This document shows, piece by piece, positions 55,797 to 64,000 of a stretch of DNA of 64,000 bases; the first letter of the stretch is position 1; every line of letters begins with the position of its first letter. Location: contig DASQWC010000023.1 of the NCBI GenBank assembly GCA_035640475.1, forward strand, positions 4,186-68,185, written 5' to 3'. The translations under genes and the position numbers were made by a program. The DNA comes from Actinomycetota bacterium. Lineage in GTDB: Bacteria > Actinomycetota > JAICYB01. The notes below the pieces were generated by a model. That model did not search any database and was not told where the DNA came from. It saw nothing but the letters and a program-made list of their open reading frames with translations.

Positions 55797-58351
55797 GAAC
55801 GATCTCTGGGCTGAAGTGCCCGGTGGAGACTCTCCTCGATCCGCCGGACGTGCTCCGCGCTTGTGACCCGGTGACCCTCGAGATCGTGGACGTAGAACAC
55901 GTCGACCACCTCCACCCCGTAGGTCGCGATCTTCGCAAACGAGAGGTCGCACCCCACGTCGACCAGCGCTTTCGTGATCATCCGAAGGAGGCCGAGCCTG
56001 TCCTCGGTGTGAACCTCGACGACCGTGTGGGTCTGGGACGCGTGGTTGTCGACGACGACCTGGAGGCTGGCGCCCGATCTGGTGCCCATGCGCCGGCGCC
56101 TGGATTGGGCGGCCTTCCGGCCGAGCTGGTCGTCGAGGTCGAGGTGCCCGTCCAACGCCGAGGCGATGTCGCGCCGCACCTGCTGCCAGCGATCCTCGGG
56201 AACCGAGCCGTGCGCCCCGCGGACGCGGAAGACTTCGATGGCAACACCGTCCGAGCGCGTGTAGATCTCGGCGTCGTGTACGTCGATCGACCGAAGGGCA
56301 AGCACGCCGGCTACGGCTGCGAACAGGCCCGGCCGGTCGTGCGCGACCACGATGAGCTCGTCGGCTTCCTCCAGCCGCTCCTCGGACGTCCGCACCTCAC
56401 CCGGGCCGAGGGGTTCGCGCAGCAGACGAAGCTGGCGAAGTGCCGCGTCGACCTCCAGACCGGCGAGCCATGCCTCGGGCATCGGTCCGACGACGCGCTC
56501 GGCCTCCTCACGTGACAACTCGAGCGTTTCGGCGAGCGCTCCGAGCTGCTGCGACATCTCCCCGGGCGCGTCCGGCGCGCCTTCGAGACGGTGCTTCGTC
56601 TTGGCGTAGAGCTCCCGCACGAGTGAGGCCCGGAAGGACGACCATGCCTCGGGGCCCGTCGCGAGCGAATCCGCACGCGTGAGCAGGAACAACATGGCCA
56701 GACGCCGGATGTCGCCGACTCGCTCTACGGTCTCGTCGATCGTCCGCGCATCGTTGAGATCCCTGCGCGTCGCCAGCGAGACCAACGTCAAGTGCTCACG
56801 GACGAGAAACTCGACGTCGTCGACCTTGGACGGCTCGAGTCCGATGCGCCGCGCCGACTCGACGGCGAGGCGGCTCCCCTGCGCGGAGTGATCGCCTCCT
56901 CGTCCTTTTCCGATGTCGTGGAGCAGTGCGGCGAGGAATAACGGCTGGTGGTCGTCGACGTACGACCAGGCATCTTTTTGGTCGCGCTCGTCGGAGGAGC
57001 GGCTGGCGGCGAGCTCGGCGACGGCGGCGAGCAGATGCCGGTCCACCGTGTACCGGTGATAGAGATCGCGCTGTGGAAAACATCTGATCGGGTCCCACTC
57101 GTGCAAGAGGGCGCCGAGCAGTCCGGCGAGATCCATTGCTTCAAGCGCGCGAACGCCGCCCGCGCCCGATTGAAGAATGTCGAGGAATACCTCGCGTGCG
57201 TCGGAAGTCCATACGAGCTCCGGCGATTGCACCAAGTCCTCGTGCAAACGGTTGAGTGCGCCTCGTCCGATCGGCGCATCGCGTCGAACCGATGTAAGGA
57301 ATACTCGCAACCAACCCGCGGGATCGTCGCGCGGGTGCGTCACCGCCGTAACCTCTAGTCGTCCGTCGACGAGCACACATCCTTCGCCCGCGGTCTCCGT
57401 GTCGGTCGAACGCCAGCGACGACGACGCTGGTGTGTGATGCGATCCCAGAAGCTCGTCACGACCGCGTCGACTTGGCGCGCGTGTGCGTAGAGCTCCTGC
57501 ATCACGCGATCGGCGGGCCCGGCGCCGTTCCCTTCGTATCCGAACCGGCGCGCGAGGTCGTCCTGCTCGGCGAGATACAGCTGGTCCTGGTGCCGAGCCG
57601 TCAGCAAGTGCAGACCGATCCTGAGACGAAGCAGAAACGTTCGTGCCGACGCGATGAGGTTTCGATCGAGCTCGCTCAGGTGCCCGGAGGCAACGAGACC
57701 CTCGAGACCGTCGCCACCCGGCAACACCTTCGACGCCCACAGGATCGTATGAATGTCTCGCAGCCCTCCCGCTGAGTCGCGGATGTTCGGCTCGAGCAAG
57801 TGACCCGCGTGTCCGTAGCGCAGATGCCGGTCCGACGATGACTTCACGAGTTCCCTGAAGAAGGAGGCCCGTCCCCGGTCGATCCGCCGGCGTACCGATC
57901 CATCGAGATCGGCGAACAAACCGCGATCGCCGGACAGGAAGCGAGCATCGATTACCGCGCACACCTCGTCGATTTGATTGAAGTTTCGAATGACGTCACG
58001 AGGTTCGCGGATCCTGTCGCCGAGCTCGCGTTTCGAGTCGTACAGCGGGTACATCACCTCGCGGCTCAACGCGGTGACGTCCGCGCTCGGCCAGCCCCGA
58101 TAGAGCAGCAATAAGTCCAGGTCGGAGGCGGGAGCCAGCTCGCGCCGTCCGTAGCCCCCGAGAGCCAGGAGGGCGATTCCTTCCTGCGGACGGCCCGAAC
58201 GCGAGAGCGCGTCATCGAAGACGCCGACGACGATCGCATCGACGTCGTTGGAGTGCGCAACAACGATGTCGTCCGACGACATACCCGAGTCGCCGAGCGA
58301 CTCGACGCGGCCACGAGCGCGGGCGAATGCTTCGCGGATCTCGACGGTCAC
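55793..58351 (-). CDS. glnD: [protein-PII] uridylyltransferase/uridylyl-removing enzyme
   Basis: NTase motif LALGGYGRRELAPASDLDLLLLY, HD domain (YHRYTVDRH ... LLHDIGKG) and two C-terminal ACT domains. GTG start at 58351. Confidence 0.92.
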   Translation of the reverse strand: MTVEIREAFARARGRVESLGDSGMSSDDIVVAHSNDVDAIVVGVFDDALSRSGRPQEGIALLALGGYGRRELAPASDLDLLLLYRGWPSADVTALSREVMYPLYDSKRELGDRIREPRDVIRNFNQIDEVCAVIDARFLSGDRGLFADLDGSVRRRIDRGRASFFRELVKSSSDRHLRYGHAGHLLEPNIRDSAGGLRDIHTILWASKVLPGGDGLEGLVASGHLSELDRNLIASARTFLLRLRIGLHLLTARHQDQLYLAEQDDLARRFGYEGNGAGPADRVMQELYAHARQVDAVVTSFWDRITHQRRRRWRSTDTETAGEGCVLVDGRLEVTAVTHPRDDPAGWLRVFLTSVRRDAPIGRGALNRLHEDLVQSPELVWTSDAREVFLDILQSGAGGVRALEAMDLAGLLGALLHEWDPIRCFPQRDLYHRYTVDRHLLAAVAELAASRSSDERDQKDAWSYVDDHQPLFLAALLHDIGKGRGGDHSAQGSRLAVESARRIGLEPSKVDDVEFLVREHLTLVSLATRRDLNDARTIDETVERVGDIRRLAMLFLLTRADSLATGPEAWSSFRASLVRELYAKTKHRLEGAPDAPGEMSQQLGALAETLELSREEAERVVGPMPEAWLAGLEVDAALRQLRLLREPLGPGEVRTSEERLEEADELIVVAHDRPGLFAAVAGVLALRSIDVHDAEIYTRSDGVAIEVFRVRGAHGSVPEDRWQQVRRDIASALDGHLDLDDQLGRKAAQSRRRRMGTRSGASLQVVVDNHASQTHTVVEVHTEDRLGLLRMITKALVDVGCDLSFAKIATYGVEVVDVFYVHDLEGHRVTSAEHVRRIEESLHRALQPRDRS

Positions 58352-58382
58352 GGCTTCAGTATCTCGGAGACAAAACGTCGCC

Positions 58383-58420
58383 GAAAAAGCGACTCCCCCG
58401 CGGGTCTCCGCGGGGGAGTC
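58383..58420 (-). terminator. intrinsic terminator after the basic repeat-protein gene
   Basis: 13-bp perfect stem GACTCCCCCGCGG / CCGCGGGGGAGTC with a 4-nt loop, followed on the minus strand by GCTTTTTCGG. It lies only about 32 nt upstream of the glnD start. Confidence 0.7.
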
Positions 58421-58443
58421 TCAGTAGTTCAAACGCACCGGAC

Positions 58444-58827
58444 TTACTTCTTCCGCCTCCTCGGTCGCTTCATAGCGACGTCGGGAGCAGCCGCCTTACG
58501 GCGCCTCCGGCGCGCGGGCTTCTTGCGAGCGGCCGCCTTCTTGCGAGCGGGCTTACGCTTCGCAGCCTTCTTCCGTGCTGGCTTGCGCTTCGCAGCCTTC
58601 TTACGCGCGGGCTTCCGCTTCGCAGCCTTCTTCCGTGCTGGCTTGCGCTTCGCCGCCTTCCTGCGCGCTGGCTTCCGCTTCGCGGCCTTCTTCCGCGCGG
58701 GCTTACGCTTCGCCGCCTTGCGAGCGGGCTTGCGCTTCGCAGCCTTCCTTCGCGCGGGCTTCTTGCGTGCAGTCGACTTACGTGCAGTCGACTTGCGACG
58801 CGATCGCTTTGCCGCCTTACGTGGCAT
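58444..58827 (-). CDS. histone H1-like, Lys/Arg/Ala/Pro-rich repetitive basic protein
   Basis: The ATG at 58827 follows GAAGGAGGGAGG. 127 aa made almost entirely of (A)AKRKPARKK(A) decapeptide repeats. Confidence 0.7.
   Translation of the reverse strand: MPRKAAKRSRRKSTARKSTARKKPARRKAAKRKPARKAAKRKPARKKAAKRKPARRKAAKRKPARKKAAKRKPARKKAAKRKPARKKAAKRKPARKKAAARKKPARRRRRKAAAPDVAMKRPRRRKK
58551..58757. repeat. tandem 30-nt coding repeat (7 units, one of 27 nt) inside the basic-protein gene
   Basis: Units of GCTT(A/G/C)CGCTTCGC(A/C/G)GCCTTC(T/C)T(C/A/G)CG(T/C)GC(T/G)G at 58551, 58581, 58611, 58641, 58671, 58701 and 58728. Units 1 and 3 are identical over their last 24 nt, which suggests a 60-nt higher-order period. 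Confidence 0.9.
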
Positions 58828-59064
58828 CCAGTTCACCTCCCTCCTTCGATCAGATGACCTCGAGTACGCAACACACCTGCACGTACCCACTTATGAGGCC
58901 GTTGATTACCATAGCCGCAAGTCGTGCGCGTGTGAAGGGTTTAGTGCACCGTTTGTCAAGCACGTTGCAACGCTGCAGATGCGCAGATCACACGCAGTAC
59001 TGACGTAGATTGCGTGTGGACGAAGTGTGGATCGTTGTTGCGTCGCGAATGAAATGTCGACGCG

Positions 59065-59397
59065 TTACGACGCGACGCGCGTTCGTGGACGTCTTCCGAT
59101 ACGAACGGAAGCAACGCGCGCAAGAACATCTCGAATGTCTTCGCCGTCTGCAATCAACGAGAACAATCTGTGCGCTTGACGGCGCAACCGCGTGCGCTCG
59201 CGCTCAGTCAAACCGCCCCAGATGCCATAACGCTCGCCGTTGGCAAGCGCGTATTCGAGACAATCGAGGCGCACCGTGCAGTTCACACACACACGCTTGG
59301 CAGAGTCGCCGGGGCTGCCACGCTCGGGGAAGAAGAGATCAGGATCTTGCGCGCGGCAGAGCGCGCTCTCTTGCCAGTCGTAGCGAATACGCCACAC
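59065..59397 (-). CDS. WhiB family transcriptional regulator
   Basis: Four-Cys Fe-S motif C-x22-C-x2-C-x5-C (ALCRAQDPDLFFPE ... CVNCTVRLDC) and GIWGG turn. The GTG start follows AAGGGGG. Confidence 0.9.
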   Translation of the reverse strand: MWRIRYDWQESALCRAQDPDLFFPERGSPGDSAKRVCVNCTVRLDCLEYALANGERYGIWGGLTERERTRLRRQAHRLFSLIADGEDIRDVLARVASVRIGRRPRTRVAS

Positions 59398-59537
59398 GCC
59401 TGCCCCCTTGGTCGCATCGGTCGCATCAACGAGGGATTGTGTAATTACGTTCGTGTAATTGTAGTGACACCGTCACTTCTGTCAAGGGGTGGGGCTGGAG
59501 TGTCGTTCGCCGAAATCGCCGCGCTGTTATCGCGCGA

Positions 59538-59951
59538 TCAGCTCAGGTATCCGCGCCAAATCCAAGCTGCGAGTCCGATCATCGCCGTCGATCCGAACAG
59601 TCCGGCCACGGCCAGACCACGATTCGGCGGTGCGCTCTCGGGCGACGGCGTCGGGCTGAGTGTTGCAAACGGTGTGATCGTCGGCTCGGATGTTTGCGAC
59701 GGCGTCACCGACGCCGTCGCCGTCGCCGACGGCTCGGGCGTCTGGGTTGGAAGCGCCGTCGGCGGAGCCGTCGGCGGTTGTGTCGGCACCGGCGTTGCCG
59801 TGGTGCAGAACGGCGGAAGGCACGGCTCGGTAGGCGTCGGCGACGGCGAAGCGGACGCCGTCGGCGGCGGCGTGAGTTGTGCGTTCGCGCGAGTCATGAA
59901 GAACAGGAGCGACGCAGCGCCGAAAACGAGGACAGCCGCGACGCGCCGCAC
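59538..59951 (-). CDS. hypothetical Pro/Thr-rich surface protein with signal peptide and C-terminal TM
   Basis: Signal-like AAVLVFGAASLLFFMTRANAQ, then TPPPTASASPSPTPTEP...PTQTPEPS, then GLAVAGLFGSTAMIGLAAWIW. Start uncertain: a GTG at 59951 lies just after the upstream stop, whereas the track ORF starts at 59993. Confidence 0.5.
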   Translation of the reverse strand: MRRVAAVLVFGAASLLFFMTRANAQLTPPPTASASPSPTPTEPCLPPFCTTATPVPTQPPTAPPTALPTQTPEPSATATASVTPSQTSEPTITPFATLSPTPSPESAPPNRGLAVAGLFGSTAMIGLAAWIWRGYLS

Positions 59952-59952
59952 G

Positions 59953-60186
59953 CTACATCTCAACAACGAGGTGCGTCTCGGTCGAGCGAACACCGGGCAG
60001 GCCGTGAATCCGTTCGAGCACGACCTCAGCGAGGTGCTTGTCGTCCGGAAACTCGCAGAACGCGAAGATGTCCGGCTGACCCCAGCACGTGTGCGCTTGC
60101 TTCACGCCGTCCAGTCCGCGAATCGTTGCGAGGACGTCCTGCGCGTGGCCGGCCTCGACCGAAACCAGAATGTACGCCGCCGCCAT
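59953..60186 (-). CDS. stand-alone Lrp/AsnC ligand-binding (RAM) domain protein
   Basis: 77 aa. AYILVSVEAGHAQDVLATIRGLDGVKQAHTCWGQPDIFAFCEF ... IHGLPGVRSTETHLV. GGAGGA SD before the ATG at 60186. Confidence 0.75.
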   Translation of the reverse strand: MAAAYILVSVEAGHAQDVLATIRGLDGVKQAHTCWGQPDIFAFCEFPDDKHLAEVVLERIHGLPGVRSTETHLVVEM

Positions 60187-60257
60187 CGCTTCCTCCGCTA
60201 CGCTCCCCCAAACGGAAAACCGAGTGTAATCACTGCTCTCGCATCGGCGCGGATACC

Positions 60258-60806
60258 ATGACAGCGGTGGCACGCGTTCTGCTCACGGGTCCGCCGGGGG
60301 TCGGAAAGACGACCCTCGCCCTCCACGTCGCCGACATACTTCGACAACGAGGCGAAGTGCTCGCGGGTTTCACGACCTCCGACATCCGCCGGGGCGGCCG
60401 GCGCACGGGCTTCCTCATCACCGGGCTCGGCGGACTCGAGCGGACGCTTGCCGTTCGCGGCGGCCCCGGCCCCCGGGTCGGGAGCTACGGCGTCGATGTA
60501 AGCGCCTTCGAGGAGGTCGCGCTCCTCGAGCTTCAAAACGGCCTCGAACTCGGCTCGACGCTCGTCATCGACGAGATCGGCAAGATGGAGCTCCTTTCGC
60601 AGGACTTTCGCGCGCTCCTCGAGGAGATCTTCACGTCCGAACGCGTCGTCGCGACGATCCACGCGCAGAACCACCCGGTCACCGACGCGCTGAAAGCGCG
60701 GCCGGACGTGCATCTCGTCGATGTCGAGTGGAGACGGCGCGACGAGCAGGCGTCCGAGATCGCCGATCTCGTCCTGAACGCGCCCGCCGCGGCCGACGTG
60801 GGCTAG
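60258..60806 (+). CDS. THEP1/NTPCR-type nucleoside-triphosphatase
   Basis: Walker A LLTGPPGVGKTTL, Walker B LVIDEIGKMEL, about 180 aa. In-frame ATG at 60258 within ORF 59694..60806. Confidence 0.7.
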   Translation: MTAVARVLLTGPPGVGKTTLALHVADILRQRGEVLAGFTTSDIRRGGRRTGFLITGLGGLERTLAVRGGPGPRVGSYGVDVSAFEEVALLELQNGLELGSTLVIDEIGKMELLSQDFRALLEEIFTSERVVATIHAQNHPVTDALKARPDVHLVDVEWRRRDEQASEIADLVLNAPAAADVG

Positions 60807-60899
60807 CCAGTTCCAAGGGGCGGCCAACGCCGGATCCTGAACTCCGCGAAATCTGTACCCACGGGAACGGGTTGGTCCCAGCCGTGCTTAGATAAAGGT

Positions 60900-61574
60900 A
60901 TGCCCCAGACCGCAGACGACTGGCCGCCGCTTCCCGACGTGCAGGAGCCGCAGCCGCCGCGCGAGCGCCGTTCCTGGGGCAAGGTGTCCCATACCGACCG
61001 GTACCGGCGGCAGCGGCGTGACCTCCTGCGCGCCGCCGGCCGGCTTGCTGCGCAAAAAGGGTTTGAGGGGCCGCGTGTCGCCGACATCGTCGCCGAGGCC
61101 GGCCTCTCCAAGAGCACCTTCTACGAGCACTTCGCCTCCAAAGAGGACTGCTTCGTCGAGCTGCACCGGCGAACGAGCGCGCAGATGCTCCAGACGGCCG
61201 TCGATGCCGCGGAGGCCCACGCGCAGCGGGGCGCCTACGAGTGTCTCGACGCCGTCATCCGAGCCTTCGTCGGCTACGCCGACCGGAACCCGCGCCTCGC
61301 GCAGGTGCTCGGCCCGGCCTTCGGAGCGTCGCTGCCGGTCGTGCAGAAACAGCGCGAGGAGAACTTCCGCCGGGTCGTCCACTTCTTTGCGACCCTCGGG
61401 CGGCGCCTCGGCTCGAAGCTCGAACCGGACGAGCTAGAGCTCACCTCGACGATCCTCGTGGGCGGTGTGACCGACATCCTCGGTGATCTGCGGCGCGACC
61501 AGGACACGCTGGACGGCAAGCTGTCGCAGATCGCGTCGCTCGGCTGCAGGGCGTTCGGGCTCGACCGTTCGTGA
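60900..61574 (+). CDS. TetR/AcrR family transcriptional regulator
   Basis: HTH AAGRLAAQKGFEGPRVADIVAEAGLSKSTFYEHFASKEDCF. The stop overlaps the ABC gene start. Confidence 0.88.
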   Translation: MPQTADDWPPLPDVQEPQPPRERRSWGKVSHTDRYRRQRRDLLRAAGRLAAQKGFEGPRVADIVAEAGLSKSTFYEHFASKEDCFVELHRRTSAQMLQTAVDAAEAHAQRGAYECLDAVIRAFVGYADRNPRLAQVLGPAFGASLPVVQKQREENFRRVVHFFATLGRRLGSKLEPDELELTSTILVGGVTDILGDLRRDQDTLDGKLSQIASLGCRAFGLDRS

Positions 61575-63340
61575 CGCGCGGCCGTCTCTACCTCCGTCTC
61601 ATGCGCCACACGCGCGCGTACAGACGCAAGCTCATCGGCGCGCTGGTCGCCGCCGCGGTGGTGGCGGTGGCGATCCCGACGATTCCGCTGTTCGTTCGCG
61701 CCGCGATCGATCGAGCGATCCCCACGCAGAACCTTCGATACCTGCTCACGCTGATCGCCTTGATGCTCGGGGTCGCGTCGATCAAGGCCGTCATGCACGG
61801 CTTCAGGCGCCAAATCGCCGGCGAGCTCTCGATCGGGGTCGAGGCCGATCTGCGCGAGCAGCTCTACAACCACGTCCAGGCCCTGGATGTCGGCTATCAC
61901 GAGCGCGTGTCGACGGGACAGATCATGTCGCGCGCGACCAGCGACATCAACGCGATCCGGCAGTACCTAATGAGCCTCGCGTGGTCGATCACGCTCGTCG
62001 TTCAGATCACGGTGATCTTCACGATCATGTTCGTCCTGAGCGTGCCGCTCGCGGCGATCTTCCTCGCGACCTCACCGATCCTCATCTGGTACACGTACCG
62101 GTTCTCGAATCGCTTCGACCCGATCGTGTGGGAGATGCAGCAGCAGCTCGGCAATCTCGCGGCCGTCGTCGAGGAGACGGTCGTCGGCGTGCGAGTAGTA
62201 AAGGGATTCGGCCAGGAGCGCCAGCAAGTCGACAAGCTTTCCCGGGACGCCGATCGCGTCTACAAGGCCGCGATGGACTCGGTGACCCTTCGCGCCAAGT
62301 TCATCCCGATCTTCAACCTCATTCCGCAGATCGGGCTCATCGCCGTTCTTTGGTACGGGGGCCGGCTGGCCATCGGCGGCGAGCTCAGCACGGGGACGAT
62401 CGTCGCCCTCTTTTCCTACCTCTACATGCTCATCTGGCCCCTTCGCTCCATCGGGATGATCGTCGCCTGGGCGCAGCGGGCGATCACGGCCGCGGGAAGG
62501 GTCTTCGAGATTCTCGACACACCGCCCGGCATCGCCGACCACCCGAACGCGAAGGACATCGACCTCACCGCAGGCGCCGTCCGCTTCTCCGACGTCCGGT
62601 TTGCCTACCCGGACGGCGGACCCGTGCTAGCCGGCGTCGACCTCGAGGTGCCGGCGGCGACGTCGGTCGCGCTCGTCGGACAGACGGGCTGCGGGAAGTC
62701 GACGCTCATGCGACTGCTGCCTCGATTCATCGAGCCCGTTTCGGGGCGCGTGACCATCGACGAACAGGACGTGTCGCAGGTGACGCTGCAGTCACTGCGT
62801 TCCCAGATCGGCATCGTTTTCGAGGACACGCTCCTGTTCAGCGACACAATCGCTGCCAACATCGCCTTCGGACGGCCCGATGCCGCGGAGGAGGAGATCG
62901 TGCGGGCCGCCGTCATCGCCCAAGCTCATGAGTTCATCGAAGAGCTGCCCGAGGGGTACGACACACCGGTCGGCGAGCACGGATACACCCTGTCCGGCGG
63001 TCAGCGGCAGCGCATCGCGATCGCTCGCGCGATCCTCATGAACCCGCGGATCCTCATCCTGGACGACGCGACGTCCAACGTCGACGCGCGGGTCGAGGCG
63101 GCCATTCGAAAGGGCCTGCGCAAAGCGATGACCGGACGAACGACGATCATCGTCGCCCGCCGTCCGCAAACGGCCGCCCTCGCCGACCGCGTCGCGTACA
63201 TGGTCCGGGGCCGCATCGTCGACGTGGGCACGCACGCAGATCTCTGGCAATCCAACCCCGACTACCGCGAAACGCTGCTCGCGACCGTCGACGTCGACGC
63301 CGTCGTCTCCGAGGTCGAAGTCGAGGAGACCGTGTCATGA
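61571..63340 (+). CDS. ABC exporter, fused permease/ATP-binding subunit
   Basis: Six-TM ABC_membrane domain, Walker A GQTGCGKSTL, signature LSGGQRQRIAIAR and Walker B ILILDDATS. Confidence 0.92.
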   Translation: MTRGRLYLRLMRHTRAYRRKLIGALVAAAVVAVAIPTIPLFVRAAIDRAIPTQNLRYLLTLIALMLGVASIKAVMHGFRRQIAGELSIGVEADLREQLYNHVQALDVGYHERVSTGQIMSRATSDINAIRQYLMSLAWSITLVVQITVIFTIMFVLSVPLAAIFLATSPILIWYTYRFSNRFDPIVWEMQQQLGNLAAVVEETVVGVRVVKGFGQERQQVDKLSRDADRVYKAAMDSVTLRAKFIPIFNLIPQIGLIAVLWYGGRLAIGGELSTGTIVALFSYLYMLIWPLRSIGMIVAWAQRAITAAGRVFEILDTPPGIADHPNAKDIDLTAGAVRFSDVRFAYPDGGPVLAGVDLEVPAATSVALVGQTGCGKSTLMRLLPRFIEPVSGRVTIDEQDVSQVTLQSLRSQIGIVFEDTLLFSDTIAANIAFGRPDAAEEEIVRAAVIAQAHEFIEELPEGYDTPVGEHGYTLSGGQRQRIAIARAILMNPRILILDDATSNVDARVEAAIRKGLRKAMTGRTTIIVARRPQTAALADRVAYMVRGRIVDVGTHADLWQSNPDYRETLLATVDVDAVVSEVEVEETVS

Positions 63341-64000
63341 GATGGTCCCAGCTCGGCCAGGCCCTCGACGACAGCGACCCGAGGGAAGAAGGCGAGGCTC
63401 ACTTCGGACGCCGCGAGCTCCGCGTCCTTTGGCCGAATCTCAGGCCGCACGTGAAGCTCGCAGTGTGGAGCGCCGTCCTGTTGGTCGTCGCCCAGGGCGC
63501 CGCGCTCGCGACGCCGTTTCTGATCCGCTACGGCATCGACGAGGGCATCGGGAAGAAGGATCCGAGCCGCCTCACCGTTGCCGCGGTGATCCTGCTTGCG
63601 CTGTCGGTCATCAACTGGATCACGCTTCGCTTCTCGATGCAACTCGGCGGCCGGTTCGGCGAGCGGGCGCTGCGTTCGATCCGCGTGCGTGTCTTCGACC
63701 ATCTGACGCATCTGGACCTCGGGTTCTTCGAGCGCGAAAAGGTCGGGCGGCTCGTCGCACGACTGACGTCGGACGTCGAGACGATCCAGCTCTTCGTGAC
63801 CGAAGGACTCGTCGCCTCGATCATGACGTTCATGTACCTCGCCGGGTCGATCAGCGTCCTTTTCCTGATCGACTGGAAGCTCGCGCTCGCCGGGTTCGGC
63901 GCGACGCTCCCGCTCCTCACCGTGTCCTCGCTGATCTTCCGGAACCGATCTGAGCGTGCCTATCGGCGCGTGCGCGACCGCATCGCCTCGGTGCTTTCGT
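63337..64000 (+). CDS. ABC exporter, second fused permease/ATP-binding subunit (5' part, runs off window)
   Basis: Not in the ORF track because it has no stop in the window. The ATG at 63337 overlaps the previous stop (ATGA). Translation: MRWSQLGQALDD ... LKLAVWSAVLLVVAQGAALATPFLIRYGIDEGI ... FFEREKVGRLVARLTSDVETIQ (typical ABC_membrane). Track ORF 63342..63953 is the wrong frame. Confidence 0.8.
   Translation, partial: MRWSQLGQALDDSDPREEGEAHFGRRELRVLWPNLRPHVKLAVWSAVLLVVAQGAALATPFLIRYGIDEGIGKKDPSRLTVAAVILLALSVINWITLRFSMQLGGRFGERALRSIRVRVFDHLTHLDLGFFEREKVGRLVARLTSDVETIQLFVTEGLVASIMTFMYLAGSISVLFLIDWKLALAGFGATLPLLTVSSLIFRNRSERAYRRVRDRIASVLS

Noticed and set aside
58551-58757. Regular 30-nt direct repeats that could be mistaken for a CRISPR array
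   Set aside because: The units are contiguous with no spacers and are in frame. They encode the decapeptide repeats of a basic protein with its own SD and terminator. No cas genes are present.
60850-60899. Imperfect dyad ACCCACGGGAACGGGT upstream of the TetR gene as a possible operator
   Set aside because: The symmetry is weak (about half the positions match). I cannot distinguish it from chance without comparative data.

Overview
This is a very GC-rich, gene-dense chromosomal window with about 70 supportable CDSs. I found no rRNA, tRNA, CRISPR array, transposase or integrase. Gene content (WhiB, F420/LLM oxidoreductase, WS/DGAT, Sdh1-type succinate dehydrogenase, a secretin-less Tad/Flp locus) points to an Actinomycetota-like Gram-positive organism; the lineage is not determinable by eye.

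Content from left to right:
- Housekeeping and metabolic genes: cyclophilin, hydrolases, an acyl-CoA mutase large subunit, and an AI-2E transporter.
- A TCA-cycle group: sdh membrane anchor, sdhA, sdhB, icd and mdh.
- A 9-gene Tad/Flp pilus locus (16.6-24.6 kb, minus strand).
- folD, an ECF sigma / DUF4349 anti-sigma pair, and a STAS/DUF2795 stress-type group.
- A tightly overlapped operon: XRE regulator, split MetE-like pair, SDR, HIBADH-like dehydrogenase and FMN hydroxyacid oxidase.
- Three cupredoxins, two of them flanking a DUF2231 membrane protein.
- WS/DGAT.
- A nitrogen-control island (43.3-51.9 kb).
- ygfZ, cysS, glnD, a repeat-built histone-like basic protein, whiB, a THEP1-type NTPase, and a TetR regulator with a heterodimeric ABC exporter that runs off the 3' end.

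The nitrogen island is the most unusual part. It holds:
- two tandem amt-glnK units;
- a C2H2-zinc-finger membrane protein wedged between amt and glnK;
- a receiver-less OmpR-type winged-helix protein;
- a CPA2 cation/H+ antiporter fused to a catalytically degenerate GlnD-like (dead HD + 2 ACT) tail;
- a shortened NhaA.

GTTAAC-containing GlnR-box-like motifs sit in all three regulatory regions of the island.

Three genes have conserved N-terminal coding sequence that extends upstream of any ATG/GTG/TTG. In each case it reaches a CTG or ATA codon that overlaps the stop codon of the preceding ORF.

Many long ORFs in the six-frame track are Arg/Pro/Gly-rich antisense or out-of-frame artefacts of the GC content and are not reported. 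All calls come from reading motifs by eye. No database search was run.
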